64,000 nucleotides of DNA from Patescibacteria group bacterium (GTDB taxonomy: Bacteria; Patescibacteriota; Minisyncoccia; Phycocordibacterales; Phycocordibacteraceae): NCBI GenBank assembly GCA_028866135.1, contig JAGWIS010000001.1, positions 13,357 through 77,356 of the forward strand, read 5' to 3'. Below the pieces are notes generated by a model that was given only the letters and a program-made list of their open reading frames with translations, had not been told where the DNA came from and made no database searches. Positions 27,072-36,745 of this stretch are shown here, piece after piece; positions within the stretch are counted from its first letter, which is position 1; every line of letters begins with the position of its first letter. The translations under genes were made by a program, and so were the position numbers.

Positions 27072-27473
27072 ATTCCTAAATCCCGGATCGCATCTTTAAG
27101 CTTGATTCGCTTGCGCGGCAGATGCAACCTCGGAATTTTACCAGTATGATACATAATTCGATGAAGCGCAACGCTGTCGGTATGACTGAAGACCAGCTCA
27201 AAACCCCGAGTCTTTTTCTTTAACGAACCTCCGCGAATACCGCACCTTGTGTGCCCTGCTCTGCCGTTTTCGTTTCTGAATCTTATGCGTGGAGCCAACG
27301 GCGTTTCGGATCATTTCCAGAACGATACGGTCTGTAATGGTGAATTCGATGAAGTGCCCGTCGCGCTTATTGCGAATCATGGAACCATCTGCCGCGAAGA
27401 AACCGAGCACGTATGCCATTTCGGGCGACCATGTCTTGAAGAAATCATGATTCAGGTCTCGGTGCACCGGCAT
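27062..27473 (-). pseudogene. LAGLIDADG homing endonuclease, internally deleted and frameshifted near 27240
   Basis: WSPEMAYVLGFFAADG in the 27473 frame; C-terminal LHLPRKR...MRE* in a second frame ending inside tRNA-Asp. Confidence 0.8.
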
Positions 27474-27593
27474 AGGTAAATACTATGATAGGGCATGACT
27501 ACAAGACTCGCGAAGTTGTACGGAAAGAAAATCGAATATTTCTTGTAGATCTTGTGGCGATTGTTCCATGGGATTGCCGCATATCCTGCTATC

Positions 27594-28397
27594 ATGACTG
27601 CAATGCGCAATCGCTTCTTCGGTATTCCGATATTGCTTGTCGTTTCCGGCATGTTCGTCCTCGGACTCGCAGGATTCCTGCTCTTTACGACCGGGAACGA
27701 GCGCATCTACTCCGGAGTCTCCGCAGCCACCTCGACCCCGGCTTCTCCAAACACCGCTTCATCATCGCCAACGCGCGCCGGCAAGACCATATACCTCACG
27801 TTCGACATGGATATGAACGAGTTCATGTACAAGAAGACGGTCACGACGGGCGAGAAATGGTACGACCCTGCCGTATTCGCATACCTGGAGCAGAACCATA
27901 CCCCCGCATCGTTCTTCGTATCGGGGCTCTTCGCCGTCGCCTACCCCGACCTCATGAAGAGCCTCGCGTCGACGAGCGAGTTCTCTTTCGAGAACCACAG
28001 CTACGACGAAGCGTCCTTCACCCCGCACTGCTATTGGCTCACTGCCCTCGGGAACGATTCGGCCAAGGCCGCCCAGATTGAAGCGACCGAACGAATCATC
28101 CAGTCGCTCACCGGACAGACACCCAAGTATTTCCGTTTCCCGGGCATCTGTCACGACAAAGCAAGCGACGCACTCGTGGAAAGCTTAGGCTACGTCATCA
28201 ACGACGGGACGGTCGTGCCGAGCGACCCGTTCAACACCGATACCAAGAGAATGGTCCGGACGGTCATGAGCAAGGCGAGGGATGGCGCGACCATCATCAT
28301 GCACGTCGGAGGACATAACGCGCCAGAGAGCCTCTTCTTGCTCGAACAGATCGTGCCCGGCCTCAAGGCCGAAGGATACGCGTTCGAAAAGCTGTGA
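27594..28397 (+). CDS. Membrane-anchored polysaccharide deacetylase (CE4/NodB)
   Basis: IYLTFD, ENHSY, YFRFPG, IIMH. Confidence 0.88.
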   Translation: MTAMRNRFFGIPILLVVSGMFVLGLAGFLLFTTGNERIYSGVSAATSTPASPNTASSSPTRAGKTIYLTFDMDMNEFMYKKTVTTGEKWYDPAVFAYLEQNHTPASFFVSGLFAVAYPDLMKSLASTSEFSFENHSYDEASFTPHCYWLTALGNDSAKAAQIEATERIIQSLTGQTPKYFRFPGICHDKASDALVESLGYVINDGTVVPSDPFNTDTKRMVRTVMSKARDGATIIMHVGGHNAPESLFLLEQIVPGLKAEGYAFEKL

Positions 28398-28494
28398 TAT
28401 GACATAACGAACACGATTGCCCTGTTATGGACAACCGTGTTCCGCTGCCGCAATAGTTCGCATCATGCGCGCATGCGGAGTGCGCACAGAGATG

Positions 28495-28848
28495 TTATTT
28501 GCCCGTCGTACCGCTCTCTGGTGCATCCGGCGTGGCGTCCTGATGGTCACCCGTCTGATTCACCTGATCGTTCGGGCCTCCGGCCGGATCGTTCGCAGAT
28601 GTCTGCTCACCGGTTGACGCTTCTGCCGTTGCGTCCTGCACATCCGAACCCTGCGCACCGGACTGGATATTGTCCGTATCAGGACCGCTCGCGTGCTCGC
28701 TATCTGAAGTCTGTACGGTCGTGGAGGAACCGGTGACGACTGGCGTCGTGCTGCCGCTGCTCGCGTGCGCGTACATGCCGATCGTCGCCGCGCTGCCGAT
28801 AAGGAGTACCGGAACCATGAGCGCCGCTTTCTTGAAGAGATTTTTCAT
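28495..28848 (-). CDS. Secreted acidic low-complexity protein
   Basis: Signal peptide followed by a D/E/Q/T/S/G-rich tail. Confidence 0.7.
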   Translation of the reverse strand: MKNLFKKAALMVPVLLIGSAATIGMYAHASSGSTTPVVTGSSTTVQTSDSEHASGPDTDNIQSGAQGSDVQDATAEASTGEQTSANDPAGGPNDQVNQTGDHQDATPDAPESGTTGK

Positions 28849-28955
28849 AATTCGAATCGTTAGTTATGCGGGTAAATGTTCGATTACTATGGCTCAGGCG
28901 ATGCGCTGAGCCTGCGGGCAAGTATGCGCTCGCATGCGTCAAGCGCGTGTAAAGG

Positions 28956-29984
28956 CTAGGCGAGCGGCAAGCGCACCTCGACTCGCGTACCGGAGCCAAG
29001 AACGCTTTCTATCCCTACCGAACCGCCCGAGCGCCCGACAAGTTCTTTCACGAGCGCGAGCCCGAGCCCGCTCCCGGCGCTTTTCTCTCCCTTATAGAAG
29101 GGCTCGAACACGCGCGATAGCGCATCGGGCGCGATGCCGACGCCCGTATCCTTTATCTCGATGAGCGCATAAGCGCCTTGCGGGCGTGCCGTTACCTGCA
29201 CCGTCCCTCCCTTGGAGGTATGCGCGAATGAGTTCTGGATGAGGTTACGCACCGCACTGCCGATATCCGGTACCGCGCGAATCATAAGCTCAGGATCTCC
29301 TTCGTATGAGAGCTTGAGGCCCTGCTCGCGTGCGAGCTTCGTAAACGGCTCGAGCTCTTCGCGAACAAGCGAGTCGAGGTTGAGCGGGCGAGGATTCCCC
29401 ATCCCGCCCTCGAGCCGCACGAGCGCGAGCAGGGTTCCGATGATGCGTTCCATGCGTGAAAGTTCCTCAAGGTTACTGAGAGCAACTTCTCTGGCATCCT
29501 CCGGCCGCCGGTACGCGCTTCGCGCTAGTCGCTCGGTATCGCTACGCATGATGGCGAGCGGCGTGCGCAGTTCATGGGAAGCGTTCGTCGCGAACGCGCG
29601 CTGGGCGCGATTCGCGCGTTCGATAGGACGCAGAAGAAGCCCTGATGCGTAGTAGCTCGCGGCAGTAACGCATAGGAGCAGTGCGATATCGGCATATGCG
29701 AGCGAATTCAGGACGCTTGAGGTCGTGCCGCTCACGAACTGCTGGACGTTGTCCTGCTGCTGCACGTTGTCCGTATCGGCAGGTATGCCGCCCGATTTCG
29801 TGACTTGGCTGCCGATATCGGTCACGTCGGACGTGACGTTCAGGTATACGTACGCGCTGAACGCACCGGCTACCGCGAGTGCCACTGCAAACGACAGCAG
29901 CGTAAATCGGATTCGCGCTCGTACGAAGAGCTTAGAATCGGAGCCGATAGCCGATTCCCCGGATGGTTTCGATTGATACGTCAT
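28956..29984 (-). CDS. Sensor histidine kinase
   Basis: ASHELRTPL, NLIQNS, DTGVGI, GSGLGL. Confidence 0.93.
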   Translation of the reverse strand: MTYQSKPSGESAIGSDSKLFVRARIRFTLLSFAVALAVAGAFSAYVYLNVTSDVTDIGSQVTKSGGIPADTDNVQQQDNVQQFVSGTTSSVLNSLAYADIALLLCVTAASYYASGLLLRPIERANRAQRAFATNASHELRTPLAIMRSDTERLARSAYRRPEDAREVALSNLEELSRMERIIGTLLALVRLEGGMGNPRPLNLDSLVREELEPFTKLAREQGLKLSYEGDPELMIRAVPDIGSAVRNLIQNSFAHTSKGGTVQVTARPQGAYALIEIKDTGVGIAPDALSRVFEPFYKGEKSAGSGLGLALVKELVGRSGGSVGIESVLGSGTRVEVRLPLA

Positions 29985-30606
29985 CGCAATGCTTTATCAG
30001 TTTAGCGCGCAGGTTGTTCACATGCACGTCCACGACGCGGCTCAACTGATTCGCCGCGAAGTCCCAGAGATGGTCGAAGAGATCCTGGCGGGAGACAACT
30101 TCATGAGGTCGTCCCATGAAATACTCGAGAAGACGGAATTCTTTCAAGGTGAGCGGGAGCGTGTGACCATCGCATCGCGCCTCCTGCGTTGCCGGATCGA
30201 GAGCGAGCGAGCCGACGCGCAAGACCGGCGCATGCGCCGCACGCGGACGCCTCCCGAGCGCTCTGATGCGGGAGAGCAGCTCCGCGAAAGCGAACGGCTT
30301 CACGAGGTAGTCGTCCGCGCCGCAGTCGAGCCCAAGCACCCGGTCCTCAACCGCGTCACGGGCCGTGAGCATGAGAACGGGTGTCACGATGCCGCGCTCC
30401 CGGGCATCCCTGCACAATGCGATGCCGTCCTTGCCCGGCAAAAGAAGATCGAGGATGACGAGGTCGTAATCGCCATGATGGACCGAAAGCCGCCGATCCG
30501 CTGCCAGACCGTCTTTCTCGACGTCGACCGCGTAGCCTTCCTCTTCAAGCGCGCGGGCGATCGATCTCGCGAGCTTCGGTTCGTCTTCAACGAGCAGGAT
30601 GCGCAT
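29932..30606 (-). CDS. OmpR/CusR-family response regulator
   Basis: MRILLVEDE, ILDLLLPG, GADDYLVKPF, ETIRGIGY. Confidence 0.95.
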   Translation of the reverse strand: MRILLVEDEPKLARSIARALEEEGYAVDVEKDGLAADRRLSVHHGDYDLVILDLLLPGKDGIALCRDARERGIVTPVLMLTARDAVEDRVLGLDCGADDYLVKPFAFAELLSRIRALGRRPRAAHAPVLRVGSLALDPATQEARCDGHTLPLTLKEFRLLEYFMGRPHEVVSRQDLFDHLWDFAANQLSRVVDVHVNNLRAKLIKHCDDVSIETIRGIGYRLRF

Positions 30607-30615
30607 ATGCGGAGC

Positions 30616-31239
30616 TTACTGTCCGACGACTTCGGCACCGCCCGGAGCCTTGGTCGCCGTTGCATATACCGGTGCGTATCCGGGCGTGCTTACCTCGACC
30701 TTGAACGTGAGCTTATCCGTAGCGGTGCCGTATATGCCGTGCATATTGACTCCATAGTGTCCCGGGCCGGATGCGCCGTCAAAGTTGACGGTACCTGACC
30801 CCTGTGGCGGAAGCGAGAAACCCGTAAGCTGTTTGTAATAGCCCTCTTGCTTGCCGTTTGCAGCATCGACGACGGTATAGTACGCCTCGAAATTCGAGAG
30901 CGTCTTGTTGGTCAAGTTCTTGAGCGTGAACTGCAGGTGGTCGCTCACCGGGTTCCCCGCCGCGTCCACGTTGTTCTCGGTCATGATTGACGAGACGGCA
31001 AAGCCTTTTGCGGTCGCGGCGTTTTTGATCGGATTCGGATACAGGCCGGGAACGATGTCCTCGGCGCCTTGGGCCGACGCGGTACTGGTCGTCGCCTGCA
31101 CTGGAGACGTGTGCGCTGGAACCGCTTGCATAGGAACCGAAGGATGGTTCTGTGTCGTTGTGCGCCCGCCGGAGAGCAAGACAAACGCTCCGACCGCGAC
31201 GACCGCGACGGCGATACCGATAATGACGTTTTTGTTCAT
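30616..31239 (-). CDS. Membrane-anchored extracellular hypothetical protein
   Basis: N-terminal TM segment and beta-rich domain; last gene of the ABC run. Confidence 0.7.
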   Translation of the reverse strand: MNKNVIIGIAVAVVAVGAFVLLSGGRTTTQNHPSVPMQAVPAHTSPVQATTSTASAQGAEDIVPGLYPNPIKNAATAKGFAVSSIMTENNVDAAGNPVSDHLQFTLKNLTNKTLSNFEAYYTVVDAANGKQEGYYKQLTGFSLPPQGSGTVNFDGASGPGHYGVNMHGIYGTATDKLTFKVEVSTPGYAPVYATATKAPGGAEVVGQ

Positions 31240-31268
31240 ACGAGTATGATTATGTTTCGTAATGCTAT

Positions 31269-32252
31269 TCATGGCGAAGCTGCCATGATGCGTGAGGGAC
31301 GCGCGCTCAGGTACGCGAGTACGATGCTTCCCATAAGGAACACAAGAAGCACGAGCAGGTCAGGCCACTTGTCATGCATGATGAATCCGAGCGACTTGTC
31401 GTTATACGTGGTCTTGATTCCGAGTGTCGCGAACGTGAGACGCTCGTAATGCTTCTCTACTGAGCTCACTTCGAGCGCATTTCTGAAGTTCTCGTACCGC
31501 CTGAACTGGTTTATCACGGCGGTTTGCCCGTCCTGGGTCATATGCAGGTGCGCGAAGAAACCGCCTGGTACCTGGTTGTCAGGATCCATCGTGTCGCCAA
31601 TCTGCGGGATGATGAGCACGAACACGAGCCAGAGCGAGAACGCGAGCATGAGCGCGCGGGGCAGGTTCGGCACGAGGAGCGCGAGCGCCGCTGAGAAACA
31701 GAAGAAGAACAAGAGATACCCGTAGGTATACATGAGCACAAGGCCGAGCTTCATGAGTTCGCTCGCCGAAAACGCGACGTGCCCGACGAATGTGACCGCG
31801 GCGACAGAGAAAACGCCTATACCGAGGACGAGCGCGATAAGAATGATACTCGCACCGAGCAGCTTCCCACCGACAAAACTGCCGCGCGTCACCGGACGGA
31901 CGAGAAGGAGACGCGAGGCGTTGCTCCCTTTCTCCTTTGCGATCGCCAGATAGCCGAGCACGAGCGCAATAATCGCGCCGATGACCTCAAGATACTCGAT
32001 GGTGCCGCGCAGCATTTGGAGCGGATAATATGCGGGCGCAGTAAGCACGATGGACTTCAGCTGGTCCGGCGATAGCTGAGAGAGTGCCGCGTGGTACTGT
32101 GCCACCTGCGACTGGAATGCGAACGAGGCTACAAGGATCGAAACGCCGACGAGGAGAAGCAGGAAAAACGCGAGCGTGGCAAAAAGCGAGTTGCGCAGGG
32201 CATCCGTGACCTCCTTTTTCGCGATGATACCGATTATGCGAAGTCTCTTCAT
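31269..32252 (-). CDS. ABC-2 (NosY-like) permease
   Basis: IAKKEVTD, LGYLAIAKEKG, RPVTRGSFVGGKLLG. Confidence 0.85.
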   Translation of the reverse strand: MKRLRIIGIIAKKEVTDALRNSLFATLAFFLLLLVGVSILVASFAFQSQVAQYHAALSQLSPDQLKSIVLTAPAYYPLQMLRGTIEYLEVIGAIIALVLGYLAIAKEKGSNASRLLLVRPVTRGSFVGGKLLGASIILIALVLGIGVFSVAAVTFVGHVAFSASELMKLGLVLMYTYGYLLFFFCFSAALALLVPNLPRALMLAFSLWLVFVLIIPQIGDTMDPDNQVPGGFFAHLHMTQDGQTAVINQFRRYENFRNALEVSSVEKHYERLTFATLGIKTTYNDKSLGFIMHDKWPDLLVLLVFLMGSIVLAYLSARPSRIMAASP

Positions 32253-33184
32253 AGGTAGAGATCGCGCGTGACGGCATATCGGCGGAGTGCGAACGCGCTC
32301 GCGCCGATCGCGACACCGACGTAGGCGAGGAGCGCGAACAATGAAGCGATACTGTTGCCGATCCCTCCCCCGAGCATGCCGAGCGCACTTCGCGTGTACA
32401 ACTGACCAACGGAGAACGGGCTCAGGAGGCGATGTGCGGCCGTAAAGAACAACCCTTGGTCCGGGATCGCGCCCGTGAGCGTCACCGGATTCAGGAGGGC
32501 GACCGGGTTCTGCCCAGTCGTCAGTTCCGGCAAGATAAAGACAGCAGCCACCCACACGAGTATCGGCATAAAGAGCGCGGTGGATTCATTTTTCATAATG
32601 ACCGAGAAAAACAGCCCGGCCGCCGCGAAGAATGCGAGGTAGACGAGCGAGACCGCATAAAAGCCAAGGAGCGCCGCGTAACCACCCGCAGGCAAGCGGA
32701 GCGCGGGAATGAAGGCCGCGGAGAACGCGCTCACCGCATACGTTGCAAAGACAATACCCGTAAGCGCGAGCAGTATGCCAAGAAGTTTCGCGCCGATGTA
32801 CCGTGCGCGCGAGATAGGACGCACGAAGACGAGCGGTAAAACACCCGCGGCGCGCTCGCGGATGAATGAGCGGTGGCCGATAACGATGGCGAGCAAGGCA
32901 CCTATGAGAAGCAGGTAGACGAGCATGTTGTCGAACACGAGAAGCGGCGAGACGCCAGTGAGCGGATCCGCCACGATGCTCGTGACGCCCTGTGCTGCAA
33001 GATATGCGACAGACGCGTGGTAGATGGCCTCGGTCGTCGTGCGCGTAGACCACCCGATGTAGACCGAGAAGAACGTCATGGCCATAAAGATGGCGAGGAG
33101 AAGCAGGAACGTCTTCTCGCGCGCGAGCGTCGTGAGCTCATGGCGCACGACGCTCGCGAATACCGATGGCGCACGCGCACTCAT
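32249..33184 (-). CDS. ABC-2 (NosY-like) permease
   Basis: VRHEL, RERAAGVL, RPISRARYIGAKLLG. Confidence 0.85.
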   Translation of the reverse strand: MSARAPSVFASVVRHELTTLAREKTFLLLLAIFMAMTFFSVYIGWSTRTTTEAIYHASVAYLAAQGVTSIVADPLTGVSPLLVFDNMLVYLLLIGALLAIVIGHRSFIRERAAGVLPLVFVRPISRARYIGAKLLGILLALTGIVFATYAVSAFSAAFIPALRLPAGGYAALLGFYAVSLVYLAFFAAAGLFFSVIMKNESTALFMPILVWVAAVFILPELTTGQNPVALLNPVTLTGAIPDQGLFFTAAHRLLSPFSVGQLYTRSALGMLGGGIGNSIASLFALLAYVGVAIGASAFALRRYAVTRDLYL

Positions 33185-33960
33185 ACGAGCTCTTCCATCT
33201 GCACGTAGATTGCCTCGAGCGACACCTCGTCCGGAAAATCCGCGAGCGTCTTCTCGAGCGACTCGTTGTAGATGAGGCGTCCGCGATTCAACACGCCGAT
33301 AGAGGTGCAGGTCTTCGACACTTCCGAGAGCAGGTGCGTATTCATGAAGATGGTCATGCCTTTTTCTTGATTGAGCCGCAGGATGACGTCACGCAGATTC
33401 TTAATGCCAACCGGGTCGAGGCCGGTCGTCGGCTCATCCAAGAAGACAACCTCGGGTTCGTGAAGTATTGCTTGCGCGAGCCCGATCCGTTGGCGCATGC
33501 CTTTCGAGAAGGTCTTGAGCTTCCTGTGCTCGATGCCGCGAAAATCAAGAAACCCGAGCGCTTCGTCGATACGTTCGTCAACGTTCTTCACACCCGAGAG
33601 ACGCGCGAAATACGCCAGATTCTCATAAGCGGTGAGGTCATTGTAGAACGTGATATTCTCCGGCAGGTACCCAATACGACGACGTACCTCGTCCGCTTCG
33701 GAGACGGTATCGAACCCAGCAATACGCGCTGCACCCGCGGTTTGGCGCAAAAGCGTCGTAAGAATGCTGATGGTCGTCGTCTTGCCCGCCCCGTTATGCC
33801 CAAGGAAGCCGAATATCTCGCCACGAGGGATGGCGAGATTCAAATCATGGAGAACCGTTTCTCCGCCATAAGAGTGCGTCAAACCATCAAGTTCGATGAC
33901 AGGGGCATCTTTCTTTATGTTCGGCTCGACGACTGCATGGGACGGTAATTTCATGTGCAT
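33181..33960 (-). CDS. ABC ATPase
   Basis: GHNGAGKTT, FSKGMRQR, LDEPTTGLDP. Confidence 0.92.
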   Translation of the reverse strand: MHMKLPSHAVVEPNIKKDAPVIELDGLTHSYGGETVLHDLNLAIPRGEIFGFLGHNGAGKTTTISILTTLLRQTAGAARIAGFDTVSEADEVRRRIGYLPENITFYNDLTAYENLAYFARLSGVKNVDERIDEALGFLDFRGIEHRKLKTFSKGMRQRIGLAQAILHEPEVVFLDEPTTGLDPVGIKNLRDVILRLNQEKGMTIFMNTHLLSEVSKTCTSIGVLNRGRLIYNESLEKTLADFPDEVSLEAIYVQMEELV

Positions 33961-34034
33961 ACTATATGCACGGGTATGTAAAGAAACTGTAAAGGTCGCT
34001 GCACCCACGAAATGCGAGTGTCTCGTGGTATAAG

Positions 34035-34508
34035 ATGATAATGAATTTGTTTTTCATTCTCGCGGCGAAATATTTATACCTCGTCCCTGTTGCGATACTC
34101 GGCGTGTATTTCCTTCTACAAGAGCGTGGGGCTTGGAAGCGCATGGCTTTCTTCGCCATTCCTGCTGGCCTGTTCGCACTTGCGCTCGGCACGCTTGCCA
34201 ATCACCTGTATTTCGACCCGCGCCCGTTCGTCGCCCTGCACTTCACGCCGCTCGTCCCGCACGCGCCTGATAACGGCTTTCCGTCCGATCACACGCTCCT
34301 CGTTTCTGCCGTCGCGATGATTGGCACGCTCTGGAATCGCCGTCTCGGCATCGTACTCTGGGCACTCGCGCTCCTCGTCGCGATCGGTCGCGTATATGTC
34401 GGCCTGCACCATGTGCTTGATGTGGCGGGCAGTGTCGTCATCTCCTTCGTGGCGGTACTATTGACCTATGCCGCCTACACATACCTCTGGCATAAGGAGA
34501 TTGCTTAG
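34035..34508 (+). CDS. PAP2-family (BcrC-like) undecaprenyl-diphosphate phosphatase
   Basis: RPF, FPSDH, RVYVGLH. Confidence 0.88.
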   Translation: MIMNLFFILAAKYLYLVPVAILGVYFLLQERGAWKRMAFFAIPAGLFALALGTLANHLYFDPRPFVALHFTPLVPHAPDNGFPSDHTLLVSAVAMIGTLWNRRLGIVLWALALLVAIGRVYVGLHHVLDVAGSVVISFVAVLLTYAAYTYLWHKEIA

Positions 34509-34998
34509 CGAGAAGAACATCCATCTCGTCTTCGACGTAAGCCTCTGGCTGAAGGCTGTCTTCGCGTTTGGAGAGATTCTATCGGGTATCGCGACGTATT
34601 TCGTCTCAAAGGAGCTTCTCGTACAAATAATCTTTCTCGTCACGAAGGCAGAGTTTGCCGAGGATCCGCACGACCGGCTCGCGAACTACCTGCTCCACGC
34701 CGCACAGAATCTCTCAATCGGAGCGCGCGATTTCGCCGCGATATACCTCATCGCCCACGGCATCGTGAAGCTCTGGATCATCGCGGGCCTTCTGCGCAAG
34801 AAGCTTTGGTATTACCCGACCGCCATGATTGTTTTCGGTCTCTTCATCGTCTACCAGCTCTACCGGTTCGCCTTTACGCATTCCGTTCTTCTTATCCTCA
34901 TCACTATCCTCGATCTCATCGTCATCGGACTCACGTGGCATGAGTGGCGGTACCTGAGTCGCGTCCTGAAAAAAAGTGCGGCATCGTCCGGACAGTAG
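34501..34998 (+). CDS. DUF2127-like membrane protein
   Basis: TTG start after AAGGAG; [33 protein letters not shown]. Confidence 0.75.
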   Translation: MLSEKNIHLVFDVSLWLKAVFAFGEILSGIATYFVSKELLVQIIFLVTKAEFAEDPHDRLANYLLHAAQNLSIGARDFAAIYLIAHGIVKLWIIAGLLRKKLWYYPTAMIVFGLFIVYQLYRFAFTHSVLLILITILDLIVIGLTWHEWRYLSRVLKKSAASSGQ

Positions 34999-35007
34999 CG
35001 CGAGAAA

Positions 35008-35560
35008 ATGGACAATACCTGCGCGCCGGTCGTGGATCCCATCCGCGCGAGCACGATGAAGCAGATGTTCGAGAAGGTCGGCAACGAGCGGTGGAGAACC
35101 GGCCGAAGCACAGGTTCCAGGATTTCATCTTCACCAAGCTCATGCTCTGCGGGGAGTGCGGCTCGGGTATCACAGCCCAGGAGAAGCAGAAGGGCCTTGC
35201 GAGCGGCGGCCTGGCCTTCTATGTCTACTACTCCTGCCGCAGGTCCAAAGACCGCGCATGCAAGAATCCGTACATACGCGAGGACCGGCTGATCGAACAA
35301 CTGCTCGCGCTCCTCGGCGAGGTATCGATAGACGAGATAGGGGCGCGGCACCTTATCGAGAAGGAAGTATCCCGATACAACAAGCTGCGGACGGCGATGC
35401 GCGACGGGAGCGAGAAAGTGAAAGCGGACGAGATGGACACGTACGGCGATACGCGAAGTACTTGCTTGAGAACGGCACATTGCCCGAGAAGCGGGAACTC
35501 CTGAGCCATCTCAAGGAAAGGATCGTGCTGAAAGAGCGGAAGATCGCACTCGAGAACTGA
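35008..35560 (+). pseudogene. Large serine recombinase remnant (recombinase and zinc-ribbon domains; catalytic domain absent)
   Basis: VDPIRA..KQMFEKV fragment; [12 protein letters not shown]...YVYYSC...CKNPYIRED zinc ribbon; spread over three frames. Confidence 0.8.
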
Positions 35561-35594
35561 CGCAAAAGACGCGATTATGATCGCGTCTTTTGCG
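35561..35594. terminator. Bidirectional terminator-like hairpin
   Basis: CGCAAAAGACGCGAT-TATG-ATCGCGTCTTTTGCG, perfect 15 bp stem. Confidence 0.7.
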
Positions 35595-35663
35595 GCAAAT
35601 ACCCCTGACGGTACCGCACCAAATTCGAGGCCAGACGGTCTCAAATAGGGATGCTGACTGCTG

Positions 35664-35735
35664 TGCCGATGAGTGGAATCGAACCACTGTCTAGGGCTTA
35701 TGAGTCCCTCGTTCTAACCATTGAACTACATCGGC
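35664..35735 (-). tRNA. tRNA with CAT anticodon (elongator Met or Ile2)
   Basis: GCCGATG/CATCGGC acceptor, CT-CAT-AA loop, GGTTCGATTCC. Confidence 0.9.
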
Positions 35736-35799
35736 AAAGTGAGGAACAATATGACTGTCCTCAGTTATATTTTCCGAACGCAGCCGATGCAAGCCTTCT

Positions 35800-35892
35800 T
35801 ACATCGGCGAGCGAGAGCATACGGAAATGTATGTCCCCATACATTTCCGTATGCCTCGAGCGAGCCGGATGAAAGCGTGCAAGCAACGCTTA
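35800..35892. mobile_element. TA-flanked hairpin element, same family as 24104-24264
   Basis: Ends AAGCGTGCAAGCAACGCTTA (cf. AAGCGTGCAAGAAACGCTTA at 24245-24264); perfect 17-bp central hairpin 35817-35854. Confidence 0.7.
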
Positions 35893-35942
35893 CAGCGGCA
35901 ATTCATCGGTTCGTTACTGAAACACTACCAAAGGCTTCCTGT

Positions 35943-36683
35943 TCAGACAATGTAAGAAGAGAAGTCGCTCGTCATCGTTGCAGTGCCGCGAGCATCGATT
36001 GCGTAACCCTCAAAACCAGGAAGGTTTTCGATGAATGCGATGCCTGCCTTCCCCATCGCGAATGCTGCCGTCGCGAAGCGATCGGCCTCAAGCACGTCCG
36101 GACCGATGACCGTGATGCTCACGATTTCCTTGAGCTCTTGCTTAGGCGTGCGAGGATTATAGATATGTGCGCCGCGGATATAGGAGCCCGAGGTCGCGAC
36201 CCCCTTCCCTCGCGGATAGATGACCTTCACCACTTCATTTATAGAGAAAGGACTTCTGATGCCGACGCTCCAATCTTTACCCTCGGCATTCACGCCTCCC
36301 ATGGCGATGTCGCCGCCAGCGTTCACGAAATAATTTTCATGCCCTGCGCGCCGTATGAGTGCGGCCGTATTTAGTATTGCCCACCCTTTCACGATGCCGG
36401 AGGGGTCGAGGAATCCGTCCGGACGGCGCATGTCGAAGTACCCGTTTGTCTCTTTCTTCGTCTTTTCCGCGAGCGCAAACACTTCTCGCATCTCCGGACT
36501 CATCGCAGACTCCTTGATTTCTCCGCGATTGATGCGCGAAATCTCGCTGCTCTCTTTGTAGGTACTGAAGCGTTCGTCGACGGCGACCAGGTACGCAAAT
36601 GCCGCCTCAAGTGCCTCGCGGGCATGGGGGTCGACGATTTCTATCTCTATCGGCATACCCATGATGATCCGTGTCTCCTTCAT
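35943..36683 (-). CDS. apbE: FAD:protein FMN transferase (flavinylase)
   Basis: FSTYKESSEISRIN, DPSGIVKGWA, NAGGDI, VATSG, HIYNP, ADRFATA. Confidence 0.92.
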   Translation of the reverse strand: MKETRIIMGMPIEIEIVDPHAREALEAAFAYLVAVDERFSTYKESSEISRINRGEIKESAMSPEMREVFALAEKTKKETNGYFDMRRPDGFLDPSGIVKGWAILNTAALIRRAGHENYFVNAGGDIAMGGVNAEGKDWSVGIRSPFSINEVVKVIYPRGKGVATSGSYIRGAHIYNPRTPKQELKEIVSITVIGPDVLEADRFATAAFAMGKAGIAFIENLPGFEGYAIDARGTATMTSDFSSYIV

Positions 36684-36745
36684 ACGCCTATGATACGCCC
36701 CGCATGAGGCTTTCATTTCATTTCCGCTTCCTCTAGAATGGGCGC

